DNA of 61,872 bases, filler included. It is 10 parts of 10 records of this genome, joined end to end, with 100 filler letters (N's around TTAATTAATTAA, not from the genome) between each part and the next. Parts side by side here need not be neighbours in the genome. Positions count along the whole stretch, not along the records: positions 10,208 to 16,931 come from SRR7504441_4263; positions 17,032 to 21,746 come from SRR7504441_4267; 8 more parts are not named here. One strand, written 5' to 3'. How positions within the stretch are numbered: position 1 is the stretch's first letter; each line of letters opens with the position of its first letter. The notes beneath the pieces were generated by a model, which ran no database searches, was not told the origin of the DNA, and saw only the letters and a list, made by a program, of their open reading frames with translations. This document shows positions 11,591 to 21,846 of the stretch, piece after piece. A program made the position numbers and the translations under genes.

Positions 11591-12894
11591 CTACAACTCC
11601 GGGGCCGGCCGGCCAGGCGAGGGCGGAGGCTGGCTGAAAGGCCGTTTGCTCTTGTTGAGCTCTCCTTGCGACCTTTCGAGCTGCGAGTGGGCCATGTCGA
11701 GCCGGTCGAGCAGCCCATCTAGCTTGGCCCGCTCCTTGACCGGGGTCCTATCTCGCACGTGCCGGATCTTTGCTTTGACCAGCTCCTTCCGCCGCTTCTC
11801 ATCCGCAAGGTCGGCTGCAGTCAGCTTCATCCTTCGAGCTGCGGTGCCTGACCCGCACGCTCAGCAGCTGGCATTAGGTGGGGCACCTGGCGAGACGGTT
11901 CTGTGATCCTCGGATGCGCCGCTGGCCACGCTGCCCTCTGAGCCCCACTGGTCCATTCCGCTGTGCAGTGTGTTGAGCTTGGTCAGCAGCCCTGCCGCTC
12001 TCTCGCCCCAGCCCGACCAGCCAGGCCCACCGTCCAGCTTGGCCCGCTCGCGCGGCGGGGTCTTCTCCCTGAGCAGCAGCACCTGCCTGCGGTCGACAGA
12101 GCCACCCGACTGCCGCACCTGTCGCTCCAGCTGCCGGTACTTGGCTCGCTCGTCCTCGAGCTTTTCGAACGAGTCCTGCCGCCCGGTGAGCCCCAGCCGC
12201 CCGGGCCGCTCGCCGCGCTGCCGGCCTCGCTGCCTCGCGGGGTGCGTTGCTCTCTGGTGTTCCAGGTCGACGAGCGGCCCACCCCCAGCACCGACGACCG
12301 GTCGATCGCCGGGGCCGTCAGGCTCGAACCGCGGTCGCCAGGCCGGACCAGCCCGGGCGAGCCGCTCCTGTGCTGGCCGTGCCCGACCTGAGGGGCCGGC
12401 CGGCCGAGGCCCTGCGAGCTGGTGCCCCGGTTGTGCGCGATGGTGGGCTGGCCGCGCCCGAGCAGCGTGTTGAGCCGGGCGATCTCGGCCAGCAGCCGCC
12501 CGTTCTCTTGCTTGAGCGCCAGGTTGTGCTGGGCCAGCCTGTCGTCCGACCGGCCGCCTAGCCCGGCCTTCATCTGGTCCCGTTCGAGCACCGCCTCGTC
12601 GGCCACCTCCTGCAGATGCTCCTGCCACCCGGCTCGGCCCGGATCGGACGGGAGGCCGGACCAGCCGGGAGCGCAGGAACCGTATCTCGTGGTTCTGGAC
12701 CCCGATCTCGCCCCGGAGCTGGTCCACCTCCGCCGTTAGCTCGTTGATCCGCAGCGCTTGCGACGCGGCCCCCTGCCGGCCTGATCACCCCCGGCCGGCG
12801 CTCGGGGCACCTCAGAGCTGAGCAGGGTCTCGCCCTTCTGGAGCCGCCCTGCGCTGATCCCGCCGGCAGCGTGTCGCGCCCTGGAGTAGTCCAT
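11591..12894 (-). CDS. Coiled-coil protein of unknown function, multi-intron
   Basis: ATG 12894 (MDYSRAR); 38-40 nt GT-AG introns (e.g. 12773-12810) join INELTAEVDQLRGEIG and LKQENGRLLAEIARLN; internal repeat TPxxERAKLDG occurs twice. Confidence 0.6.
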
Positions 12895-12950
12895 CCTGTC
12901 TTGCAGGTCCTGTGCGGCCACGGCGGTTACGGTTGCCGTTACCCCGAGGA

Positions 12951-12993
12951 CCTAACCCGGGCAGACGGGTTGTCTGCCAGAGATCGGGTTAGG
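12951..12993. promoter_or_regulatory. Nested inverted repeat with telomere-like half-sites in a bidirectional promoter
   Basis: CCTAACCCG (12951-12959) / CGGGTTAGG (12985-12993) enclose GGCAGAC / GTCTGCC, between divergent ATGs at 12894 and 13002. Confidence 0.35.
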
Positions 12994-13001
12994 CACACCG
13001 G

Positions 13002-13666
13002 ATGCCCGAGGCGGCCACCGGAAGTCAGCGCTCGCCGCGCTACCACTTCCGGGAACCTGACTGGGAGCCGGACACGCGGGATCTGCCGCCGCTCCCTGCG
13101 GAGGAGAGAGTGGGCAAGGGCAAGGCCCAGCCGATCGCCCGGCAGCCGGTGCGCTCGATGGACATCCACCCAGGCACCGGCCTGCCCCGCCCAGAGGCCG
13201 CCCGCAGCGCGCTGGTGCACTTCAGCTGCTGGTTGGACGAAAGCTGGTCGCCTCGCCCAACGGCCCAGCCTGAGCGGCTGGCCAGGGCCGAACAGCGCTC
13301 CCAGCCTGCTCAGCCGGAGCCGCGCTGCGGTAAGTTCATTCACTCGGTGCGGCCCGCTGGGGCTAGGGGCGGACTGGGGGCAGACCCGCAGCTCTGGGCG
13401 GCCGATGCGGCTGTCGCTGGGCGGCGGGGAGGTGATCCCTGGGCTGGAGATCGGGATCCAGCAGATGGAGATCGGACAACGCTGCTGGCTCGAGATAAGG
13501 CAGGATTACGCCTGTAAGCCATCTAATCTGCTGGAGCTGATCCGGCGGGCCAGATGGCGAGGACGGCGTGCGGGACCCGAACGGCCGGCTGGTGATCGCC
13601 AAGCCGGTTGATGTGCCCCAGTTTGCTGCGTTGGTGATGGACGTGGAGCTGCTCGAGCTCGACTGA
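13002..13666 (+). CDS. FKBP-type peptidyl-prolyl cis-trans isomerase, 2 introns
   Basis: After removing 37- and 40-nt introns: ALVHFSCWL..FIHSTRSSGRPMRLSLGGGEVIPGLEIGIQQMEIGQRCWLEIRQDYAYG..VPQFAALVMDVELLELD stop. Confidence 0.88.
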
Positions 13667-13851
13667 ACCGGAAGCCGCACTGAGCCCCGCAGGGCTTCTA
13701 CTAGCAGGTACGACCAGTCGACGCTTTGTCACAATAATGCTGCTGCATTGTGACCAATCGAGCTTACCAGTTGTACAAGCCATAAAGCCATGTTATACTA
13801 AGTCTTAATGAGTACTTATAGCAGCTACTCGCGATAATCCCCTGCTAGAAC

Positions 13852-15179
13852 ATGCTTGGGCTCCGTGTCCTGGGCATTTTGAGGCGCCGCTGCTGCTGGC
13901 GTTGAATCAGTTGTTGCCCCATGCACGAATCCAACTGCGAACGCGCCTCCCGTCGCCCATGGCTCTTGCGGCCGAGCTGGGACAAGCCCTGCTAGCATAG
14001 TGGGTGACCAACTAAGCCGGGGCTGACCGTTGGCTCGCTTGTAGTCCCAGATGCCTTTAGAGTGGTTTAAGTTCTTCTGCCAATGCCCCCAGTGGGGTGC
14101 TGCGATCTGCCCCCCCCGGACGCATCAGGGCCGCACAGTTGTTTGATTAAGCACGTCAGGTAGCTGCGGCTTGGCCGGTGCCGAGTTCTGCTCCCACCGG
14201 TTAGTTCAGCACAGTAGATGCACGACCGTGTTCGCACTGCTCTTGACCGGGAATGGCCTCCCCCCAGGGTCATCGATCCCCTCGCGGCTGACCCATTGCG
14301 TCCAGAGCGACCCCAACAGGGTGATAGGCAACATGACCGGCTGCAAGCTAAAGTTCGTGGTGACGCTGGCGGCCAACCTCGGCCAGAACGGCACCGAGAG
14401 CGTGGAGGCGCTGTTTGACCAGGCTGTGGACGATGATGGTAACACTGTACCAACGCCTTTGGGGTAGACCACGAAGAAGAGCTCTATAATCAGCACTGCA
14501 AGTTGACCCTACTGAGTTCCGAATTCAAAGTACTTGACGAGATGGTGGTTCTTTTCAACACCACAAAAACGCAGGTGAGCCTTAATTACTGAGGCAGCTT
14601 TCTGAGAGGAGCTCTATACCCCATCCAGGAGTGGTCACTCTCCCCATCGAGAGCAAGAACGAAACCCGGATCTCGAATCCAGTTCACTATTCTGACGAAC
14701 AATCAGTAGAGTCGAGACCTGTGAAATCCCAGCCGTGCACCGAACAATATTTTAATCTCCCCGCTACTGCCAACATCGGGAGCTTGAAGGGTCCATTTAG
14801 TCTTGAAGGCATGCTCTGGCCCCCCAAAGCACCGACTGCAGATCATGTTGAGCTGTTGAAGCAGCAACCAGCTCTGAGTGACAAGTTTGAGCAGACATTT
14901 GGCCCAGGATCGTCCAGAGCTGTACTGCAAGGTAATGGCAAAAGGTTCCCCAAACTTTGGAAATTCGAGGCCTATCTGCAACAGACTCATGCGTGGGTCG
15001 ATTGTAATGGTACCGGCTGGTGTGAACTGGTGCAGCCAACTCAGCTACCTTTTCAATTACTTGAGCCAACTTTTCTGGGCGCGAAAGAACTAGAGATGTT
15101 TATCTCTCCAGCACCGCGTTTTCAACGCATAAACAAGCAACCAACGAGAGCAATAGATAGGCCGATATTTGGTGAATGA
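13852..15179 (+). pseudogene. Probable frameshifted gene (or assembly errors) for a secreted protein
   Basis: A signal-peptide-like MLGLRVLGIL-GAAAAG needs a 1-nt correction near 13882; a second shift near 14462 joins TVPTPLG to VDHEEELYNQ; a GTGAGC donor lies near 14575; the terminal ORF is 14631-15179. Confidence 0.35.
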
Positions 15180-15478
15180 TCACTGTCAAACGTGCATGCA
15201 TCATGACAGCGATTCGATTTCTCAAGTTTAGTTTAAGCGTCCAAGTCAGCCAGAGATACGAGTACACTTCTTGAAAGCATCCAGGATCAAATTATTTTGA
15301 TAATCAATTTTTAATACGACTTTTTAAGTATTAGTTTTTTGTCATTTCTTTGGCTCTGGCAATGGCTACGCGTTACTACGCGTAGTCGTGTACTTCCGGG
15401 AACCAAATGATTACGTACATGGCCGGGTAGCGTGTAGGTAGCATGTTAATTTAGCGAGGGCATTACTACTACTCTGTG

Positions 15479-16931
15479 TCAAAAGTGCCCCTCCATCACA
15501 TCTCGCATCCTGCGTATTGCTTCTGGACTGAGTTTGCTTTCAATCTGAGTCCTGACCAAACCTGCCTTGATTGCGTCTTGAGTTTCTTGGCTGATTCCCT
15601 TCAGCGACAGCCCAGACTTAGCCTTGGTCGAAGTCGTCTTACTCGAGCTTTCTGCACTCTCTAACAGGTGCATCGTCCGCCGAAGCAGCTCAACACCAAG
15701 CTTTGGAGGTGATCGGATCGGAACCTCCAACCTACCGCCCACCAGCACAAAGCTTTCGCGACAGAGCTTGGCCCAGCTCTCGCGAAGCTCATTCTGGACA
15801 GCTAATTGCTCAGAGAGCTGGGCAAACTCTGGAAGGTCTCGACTGGGTGCTGCCATGTGCCACGCTTGATTAGTGTCAGCCTGGGCGTCAGCATCACGGA
15901 GCTGCAGCTGCTGGATCTCGCTTGATATCCGACTGAGCACCTGCGGAGGAATCTCTGCCCGCTCGCCCAGTTGACTCTGAAGAGACAACACCTGCTGCTT
16001 GTTGAGTCTGTCTTGCCGATTATAGCTCGCCAGTTCTTGCTCTAACCTGCGCTGAGCCTCTTTCAGATGCTTGACCTGATCTCTGTATTTGGCCACCTCC
16101 GAGTCCCTTAGCATTTGCTCCTGCCTGGACTCCCTTTGAATCTTGGCCACTTGGTTCAGACCCGGTCTCTGCGCCCTCTCGCGAGCTGCTTGCGTGGCCT
16201 CGCCTTCGAGCGCCTTGAGCAGGTCGTGCCGCCCAGACCTGAGTTCGTCGCAGACTGCCTCCAGCTGGGCCCTCTCCTGAGCCGCGATCCGCTTGACCTC
16301 CTCGAGCTCCTCCTCGGCGTCGTGGATCTGCATTCCGGCCGTTTGCTCCATCAGGGCAATCTGGTCTGCAGCTTTCCGCTGCACCTGAACCAGCTCTGCC
16401 GTGGCAGCTTTCAGCTTGACTTCGAGAGTGGCCGTCTTGTGGCATTCGTCCAGCAACTCCTGCCGGACCTCTTCGACAAGTGCTCGCAGCTCGACTGAAA
16501 TAGCCCGCTCAGTTGCAGCGTCTGCGAGCGACTCGTTCATGATCTCCTGTCGGGTTGCGTCCTCCTCCTGGAGCAGCTCACGCCACTCCTTGCGCAGGTT
16601 GTCTTTCCAGATCTGCAGCCTCAGGCCCAGCTCACCCCTGGTTGCCTCTGCCAGCACTTGCTTGAGCAATCTCAGACCAACTGAGAATTGTGTCGATCGG
16701 ACTGCGGCTGCTATGGCGGCGTCCCCGGCCGCTTGCTTGGCGTATCGCTTGCGGTCCCGCCAGATCTGGATCCGCATCCCGAGCTGGCCACGGGTGGCCA
16801 CCGCAAGCACTTGTTTGAGCATCCCCAGCCCAGCAGCCATCTCGCTCCTCTTGAGCTGAGACAGAACAGCAGACACAGCCGCCTGCTGACCCCAGTCCTT
16901 GGACTGCTGCTTTTGGGCCCGCCAGATCTGC
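15479..16931 (-). CDS. Long coiled-coil protein (5' truncated)
   Basis: 465+ codon open frame rich in E/Q/L/A; two copies of GLxxLKQVLAxATRGxLGxRxQIW. Confidence 0.7.
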
Positions 16932-17031
16932 NNNNNNNNNNNNNNNNNNNNNNNNNNNNNNNNNNNNNNNNNNNNTTAATTAATTAANNNNNNNNNNNNN
17001 NNNNNNNNNNNNNNNNNNNNNNNNNNNNNNN
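16932..17031. other. Artificial contig linker
   Basis: N44-TTAATTAATTAA-N44. Confidence 0.98.
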
Positions 17032-17166
17032 AGCAGTGGGTGTTACATGTAGTGACCTCAAGCCAGGTGTTAATTATTATAATTGTCAATTTTAATCAGT
17101 GTTCCTAAGCATTGATCTAGAGGAAAAGTGAAGGCATGGCGAGTATATATAAAATCGATCAATTGA

Positions 17167-18355
17167 TCAACCCATTGCGATGCAGGCTTTTTCACATAGT
17201 TGATGACCTTTCATACCAGCTGCGCCAAACCCGGTCCACCTTATGAAACTGTTGAATTTGAAGCCACAATTCTGGAGACAATTGCATCGCTTCTGGGTGA
17301 AGCACTGTTCAGATTTTCCAATTCGTTTGCACAGGATCTCTTTGTGTACTTCACAGGTCACAGTTATTCCTGCACGGTACACAATTAAGTGAATTGCAAT
17401 CACAAAGATGGAGCAAACCTTTATCGGCGACGTTCAATACCCTCGAGGAGCAGGACATAAAGTTGATGTCGCCATTTGGTCCAATCGCATAGGGTTTCTC
17501 TGTTATTGGTGCAACAGCTGGAAGTGAGTAAAAAATCCAGTTTGCATTTGTGGAGTGTGTGTTGACTAGTGATTCGTCACAAGACATACTTTGAGCAAAC
17601 GCGAAGGTGCCTAATCCCTGCGTCCCATCCACACCAAAGCAACCAAACTGGATAGCATCTGGGGTGAAGCGATCTGTTGACGCCCACCATTTGTCCTTTG
17701 CGGCATCAGTGTTTGGATTCACCACCATTTCCCGAATTCCTACGAAGCCCGATCCATCACGGTTTTTACGCACATGATCAAAGTTGTAGGCTTGGCGGTC
17801 CTTGGCATAAGATGGGAAGCTGAGTTTGTAAAGGCCGCTATTGGCACTCTTCACAGCAAAACTCGGCTTACACTGTGCACAAGAAAGCATCAGTTCAAAA
17901 GTAAAGGCATCTGATTCACGCGCAACTTACCTTGAATCCTTCAAATGCTGTCTGGTTCAGTGGTACGGGTTCACGGGCTGTTGGGTTGGCCTGTTTGCAT
18001 GCTGCATTACAAACCTTGCAAACGATGCTTCGGCCTTTGTACGGCTCATACTGCTTGCCAGCACCACTATTGAAGTAGCCAGCCCCGTCATGTGCAGCAC
18101 CAAGCCCGATGTTAACTACGCACCCATTTGGCACGAAAGCGTACTTCGTGCCCATAGGTCACGGCGCCACCTCAAAAGATCTCGCAGCACCCGACAGTCA
18201 ACCTGAGACCAGCTTTTTCACCTGACGGGCTCAAAGTGGCATATTTCGGAATGGAAAAACCTGGCAACGATGCCGCCCGCCTCATGGTTAAGGTGTATAG
18301 TGTTGGGCGCCAGGTGACGCAGACAGTCCTTCGACGTACCATGCCGGCGCCGCAT
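17167..18355 (-). CDS. Cysteine-rich protein of unknown function; 5' structure uncertain, possibly pseudogenised
   Basis: ORFs 17916-18155, 17351-17890 and 17167-17403 join via a GTAAGT..CAG intron (~58 nt) and a 49-nt GT..CAG intron; an in-frame TGA at 18159-18161 sits just upstream of MGTKY. Confidence 0.45.
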
Positions 18356-18562
18356 GCATGAACACTTGCTGTGATGACATTCTGCGCGGAATCGATGCCG
18401 CTATTCAGACTTGTCCGCAGATTGACAGCCAACGAGTTGTATTAATAAAAAAAGTACATACAGATCAGCCTACCCGGCCGGTCAGCAAAGCTGGAGGTCA
18501 CAGGCAGCAGGGTCCAAGCAAGCCGGGCGCGTACCTTCAGGCGGGCCTGCGCCGAAGCGGCG

Positions 18563-19525
18563 ATGGACTGCGACTTGATTAGCATTTGGGGGGTGATCTC
18601 GCCGTCGGCGGGCTTGCCGGTCTGGATGAGGCTGAGCTCGCTCTCAGAGAGCTCGGTCCGCGACACTGCACCGGCAGCCGCAAGTCAGCCCAAAGCCGGC
18701 CCTGTCGCCGCCGCACCGTCCCGGGCTTGCGCCACGGCCAGCGCCCCCAGCAGCACCAGGCAGCAGCCCACCCCCAGAGTGTGGCCAGCCATTGCGATCT
18801 CAGCCGTGATCCTCCTCCAAGACACGAACTCCTCTTCCGTTGTCGGTTCAAGCCGCCACCAACCACTGATGCCGGGACGCCCAGCCCGACCTTCAGGCGG
18901 CCTTTGCCGGAGTCCGCCGCTGCTCGACCTTCAGACAGCCCCACTGCGCGACCTGATGGGCCTGCCCAACGTCGGACCGGCCCGGGCCCGAAGCCTGGCC
19001 AAGCACCGGCCGTTCGTCAGTTGGGCAGACGCCGCCAGAGCGCCAGGGATCGGCCCATCCACGCTCTCGGTGCTCAAGCGGCACTGCCGGCTGGCCGAGG
19101 CAGCCCCGCCGGCCACGCAGGCGCGGTGGGGGTTCTGTCAGCTCCCGGCGCTTGGTATAGTCGGGCTGGGGCTGATCCGGCAGCTGGCTTGCGTCGAGGA
19201 CAGCCAGCGCCAGCTGGACGGGCGGGTCTACCGACTCGAGGCGGCGGTTGCCGCGCTGACTCTGGCTACTGTGCTGCTGCTGGTGGTGGTGGTCTGGCCG
19301 CGCAGGAGACCACCGATGGCACGGCCAGTGCGCGTGGTGGTGGCGGATGGCCTGCTCAGGAGGAGCTTCGCGTTGTGGCAGCGGCAGGCTGGCAGGGCTC
19401 GGGCACGAGTTCCGCCCGCCGCGCTGGTCGGGAGGCTAGGCCCAGCGCCGGTGGTGAGAGTCCCAGCTGCGGCTCAGGTCGCGCTGCACGAGGGAATGGA
19501 CGACGTGGATGATGATACGTTGTGA
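18563..19525 (+). CDS. Membrane protein with a ComEA-type tandem helix-hairpin-helix DNA-binding domain
   Basis: LDLQTAPLRDLMGLPNVGPARARSLAKHRPFVSWADAARAPGIGPSTLSVLK matches the (HhH)2 pattern INTA..L..LPGIG..A..I...R.F....DL..V.GIG; hydrophobic segments VWPAIAISAVILL and AAVAALTLATVLLLVVVVW. Confidence 0.7.
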   Translation: MDCDLISIWGVISPSAGLPVWMRLSSLSESSVRDTAPAAASQPKAGPVAAAPSRACATASAPSSTRQQPTPRVWPAIAISAVILLQDTNSSSVVGSSRHQPLMPGRPARPSGGLCRSPPLLDLQTAPLRDLMGLPNVGPARARSLAKHRPFVSWADAARAPGIGPSTLSVLKRHCRLAEAAPPATQARWGFCQLPALGIVGLGLIRQLACVEDSQRQLDGRVYRLEAAVAALTLATVLLLVVVVWPRRRPPMARPVRVVVADGLLRRSFALWQRQAGRARARVPPAALVGRLGPAPVVRVPAAAQVALHEGMDDVDDDTL

Positions 19526-19692
19526 TGTCCCAGCTCTTGATTGTATTTACAAAGTTACGAATAGCATGAAGTTGCTCCTGTGTGTCTTATTCGTGTCAGC
19601 AATATAGTGCGAGCTCGTTCATGAATAAAGAACACCCGATTCGTATACGTAAGAGGCCTGAAGGTGATGATCTCGAGGACTTCCGTTGACAC

Positions 19693-21378
19693 ATGCGCGG
19701 GCTGCTGGGGTGGCTCTGCCTCGTGGCAGCGGCCGGTGCTGAGCGGATAGCCTCGCGGGACTTCCCGGGTTACTGCGTCGACCGGACCGCGGCCAAGGCA
19801 CCTGGCACGCAGACCCAGCTCTGGGAGTGCAACGGATCGGACGCCCAGCGCTGGCACTGGTACAACTCGGGCGTTTGCGGACCTGAGCTAGGGGCTAGGT
19901 CACCCGCGACGCAGCAGCTGCAGAACATAGGCACAGGGCTCTGCCTCTCGGTGGACGGCAGACCCGAGCAGCATGGCGCGCCCGTCTCGGTCAGGCCATG
20001 TGTCTCCGGCCGGGAGTTTGCGGACCTGATCCAAGCCCCACGCCAATCCTGGCGGTTCGGCAACGGCCGGCTTTCGCCCGCAGATCGTCCCAATTGGTCC
20101 GACCAGCGGCGGCGCTGCGTTGACTCTGCTGCGCAGGTGTCTGACTCCCCGAGGCACCGCGAACGGCGCGGCGCTGGTGGTGCAGCCTTGCCCGGCGAGC
20201 GGGCACCGATGGGCGTGGGGCGGTGCGAGCGCTGTTTGCGCCGAGGATGCGGGGTGCGGTGGGGGGCTGTGCTGCTGTGGCCATCGGTGCACGGACTGCG
20301 GCGATTGCAAGGTCCGTGCCAGCAGGTGTCGCCTGCCGATCCCGGGGACACAGGTTGCTGTAGACGATAGAGTAGAGGCAAGATGGTTGGACGGGATCTG
20401 GTACACCGGAGCGGTCACCCAGCAGCGCGACCAAAACGCGCTGGTGCAATTTGACGACGGCGACAAGCTCTGGTCTGGCCAAGCTGGCTGAGTGAGCTGA
20501 TGGCTTGCCAGGCTCACGAGCGACGCAGTTCGGCGGTTCTCGCCATGGCTATCCGGCACTCCAGTCGAGGCCATACTGGTGCCAGTGGGGGCCGGGATGG
20601 GCCGAGCGGGGGGGCAGCCTGGGTTGCGAGGGTATAGGGAGGCTACGGTGCTCCAGTGCAGTAGTACTAGCTGCAGAGTAGAGGTCAATGGGTCGAGGCC
20701 TGCTATGGTGCCGTTGTCGCGGCTCCGACGAAAGATGTCGGCGCCTGTGGAGCTACGGCCAGAGCAGCCTGTGGCCAGTCCGCAGATTGTGCTGCCTCAA
20801 GAGGTGCTCGCTCAGTTGTTCCAGCAGGCCTGCCTAGTCCGAGGCTATCCGGCTAGCGTGAGGCTAGGTGACCACTAGCATCGGCGCCGGGTTTGTTGAT
20901 CCCCAAGAGTTTGGTGGGCCTCGGATGTCTCTCGAGGGGCTGCTAGCTGGGCTGGCGGACGTTGAGGTTGGCCACCTAACCGGCCGATCTCTGACAGCAC
21001 GGGCAGGACGAGGCTAGCTGCCCGGCTCCTGCGCCAGACAAGCCGTCATGGATGAGGTCACCCGGCCAGCTCCAGCAGCTCGGGTCCGGCGCCGATGCCA
21101 ATGGTCTTCGCTTAGACTTCGGCCGAGCTAATGGGGCGCAAATCGGCAACGGTCTGCGTTTTGAGTTTGTCGACGGGCTGCGCCCGTTGGCGCGAGAGGA
21201 CCCGCAACGGACTTCAACACCACGGTTATTTGGGATCGAGCTGGCAGGGAGCTTACAGGGAGCTGGGTGTGGCAGGTGGCGGCGGTGGGCCTCGGGGGTG
21301 CAGCAGCAAGTCAAGATGTCGCGCGACGAGTTGGTAGAGCTCGAACAAGAGATCCGCTCAGAGCAATTCGCGCCTTGA
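19693..21378 (+). CDS. Secreted ricin-B-type lectin domain protein with a Cys-rich linker and tandem Tudor/Agenet-like domains, at least 5 introns
   Basis: Signal peptide MRGLLGWLCLVAAAGA; QxW repeats (QLWECNGSDAQRW, GLCLSV..QSW, CLT..VQPC..HRW); DRVEARWLDGIWYTGAV..VQFDDGD; 39-40 nt introns restore one frame to TGA at 21378. Confidence 0.7.
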
Positions 21379-21746
21379 GAAGATTCCCACACTGCCATGG
21401 TCTAAATATTGTACATTAAATTAATGTATACATGTAAAGGGGTGATTCTACATGAAATGCATTGATACGGAGCACATTTTTATGAGCAAGTACTTAGTTG
21501 AGCGCTTGTGTGTATACTTGGTTGGGGTTGATATTCAACTTATTAGCACGCCATTGCCGGCTGCGACTAGGCTGCGACGACGTTCCGGTGGTGCTTCCAA
21601 GGTGCTAGATCGCGTGGTCCTCATGCGTAAATGTTTTGCGTGATTTGCGCGTCCACGAACCATGGCAATGGTGCACGAGGATCGCAGCACCCAGGTCCAA
21701 ACGGTCGTGACAGTGCGTCTTTCTTGCACGACAATCGTTGGGTTTG

Positions 21747-21846
21747 NNNNNNNNNNNNNNNNNNNNNNNNNNNNNNNNNNNNNNNNNNNNTTAATTAATT
21801 AANNNNNNNNNNNNNNNNNNNNNNNNNNNNNNNNNNNNNNNNNNNN
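21747..21846. other. Artificial contig linker
   Basis: N44-TTAATTAATTAA-N44. Confidence 0.98.
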
